The notes below the pieces were generated by a model that saw only the letters and a list, made by a program, of their open reading frames with translations, was not told where the DNA came from and ran no database searches. From Candidatus Saccharimonadota bacterium (GTDB taxonomy: Bacteria > Patescibacteriota > Gracilibacteria > UBA4473), in assembly GCA_020632335.1 (NCBI GenBank), contig JACKFV010000001.1, positions 420,001-452,000 of the forward strand: a stretch of DNA of 32,000 nucleotides, read 5' to 3'. Made by a program: the position numbers and the translations under genes. The number at the start of each line of letters is the position of its first letter. Within the stretch, counting starts at the first letter, position 1. Shown piece after piece: positions 31,346 to 32,000 of this stretch.

Positions 31346-32000
31346 ATGCCTTTTCGGATACCCTTGCTGTCTCGTTACCTGCAGATACCGCCGGTGCTGC
31401 TGCCCGGGCTGCGGGTGACCTTCTGGCTGCGCTGTCTCTTTACCATCGGCATGATCATCAGCTGGACGGTGCTGCTGAGCCTGTGGGTAGAGCAGTACAG
31501 CATAGACTCGCTGCTGTGGTTCTTTGCCGCGGACGGGGTGGCGGCGCTGGTGGGGGGGCTGCTGAGCCTGTGGCTCTCGGCCCGCTACAGTACAGACGAG
31601 CACTGCTGGCTGACGGGCCTGGCGACTCTGGTGAGCCTGAGCGCGGCGTTTGCGTTGCTGCCGGTATCTGTGGAGGGGTTCTTTGCGCTCAGCTTCATCG
31701 CTAAGGGGGTGTTTTTCTTCCCGCTCTCGCTGCTGCTGTACCGGCATGCGGAGGAGCAGCTGAGCCCTTCAGATGCTCGGCGAGTGATGCCGTTGATCAA
31801 GTCTGGGGCGACCATAGGGGTACTGCTGGGGGCGGGGGTGCTGCTCATTGCGCTGCCCTACCTGAGCGAACCCGTGCTGCTGAGCCTCTGGGGTGTGGCG
31901 ACCCTCGGGGTGCTGCTGCTCTACCAGACGCGGGATTTCCTCGCGCCTGAGGTGCACATGCTGCCCCCGCAGGAGGCCCAGCCACCGGTGACCTTTGCGG
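31346..32000 (+). CDS. Polytopic membrane protein, possibly an MFS- or nucleotide-transporter-like carrier; partial, runs off the right edge
   Basis: I translated an open frame of 218 codons with no stop. It is absent from the ORF track because it has no stop in the window. Sequence begins MPFRIPLLSRYLQIPPVLLPGLRVTFWLRC and has repeated TM helices. The loop LYRHAEEQLSPSDARRVMPLIKSGATIGVLLG is reminiscent of MFS/TLC carriers, but this is weak. Confidence 0.65.
   Translation, partial: MPFRIPLLSRYLQIPPVLLPGLRVTFWLRCLFTIGMIISWTVLLSLWVEQYSIDSLLWFFAADGVAALVGGLLSLWLSARYSTDEHCWLTGLATLVSLSAAFALLPVSVEGFFALSFIAKGVFFFPLSLLLYRHAEEQLSPSDARRVMPLIKSGATIGVLLGAGVLLIALPYLSEPVLLSLWGVATLGVLLLYQTRDFLAPEVHMLPPQEAQPPVTFA

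Noticed and set aside
1-32000. CRISPR arrays, rRNA genes, tmRNA next to smpB, a T-box upstream of thrS, and NrdR boxes.
   Set aside because: No regularly spaced direct repeats were seen. No non-coding gap is long enough for rRNA or tmRNA; the largest gaps are about 165-180 nt. thrS is leaderless, so it has no riboswitch leader. No NrdR-box-like palindromes were noticed in the intergenic regions.

Overview
GC-rich, very gene-dense bacterial chromosomal segment. Intergenic gaps are mostly under 170 nt, several genes overlap, and TGA is used as a stop codon. I can support about 33 protein genes, one tRNA-Trp(CCA), one intact IS element and a set of promoter or operator sites.

Housekeeping genes recognisable from their motifs:
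- gmk, yraN, thrS, clpB, prfA
- comM/yifB, pcrA, smpB, nusA, mltG
- a YkuE-like metallophosphoesterase, tatD, ruvC, nrdR
- an MscS channel and an Mrs2/CorA-type channel

Several features suggest a reduced, possibly CPR/Patescibacteria-like genome. This is inference only. The features are a DUF4012 protein, a CPR-style VirB2/TrbC-like pilin, a ThrRS without the TGS domain and a ClpB without the N-domain.

Main observations:
1. A tight four-gene operon (26009-30041) encodes Sec-secreted, acidic, Cys-tailed proteins with no family I recognise. A multi-module lipoprotein converges on it.
2. A bona fide V/A-ATPase subunit D gene sits alone. It lies between a DUF4012 gene and a thrombospondin-type-3-repeat surface protein, which it overlaps by 14 nt.
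3. A polytopic membrane protein and a T4SS-pilin-like protein form a pair with no secretion ATPases nearby.
4. About 14 transcription units have a TAnnnT -10 hexamer exactly 6-7 nt upstream of the ATG. This implies pervasive leaderless mRNAs and fixes several start codons.
5. A near-perfect CIRCE operator overlaps the clpB promoter.
6. A visibly AT-rich islet (about 9274-11023) holds a 732-bp IS1595-family element. It has perfect 21-bp inverted repeats and an 8-bp target duplication, and it splits a membrane-protein gene that can be rejoined in frame. The islet ends at a decayed tRNA-like fragment.

No CRISPR array, rRNA or recognisable defence system was seen.
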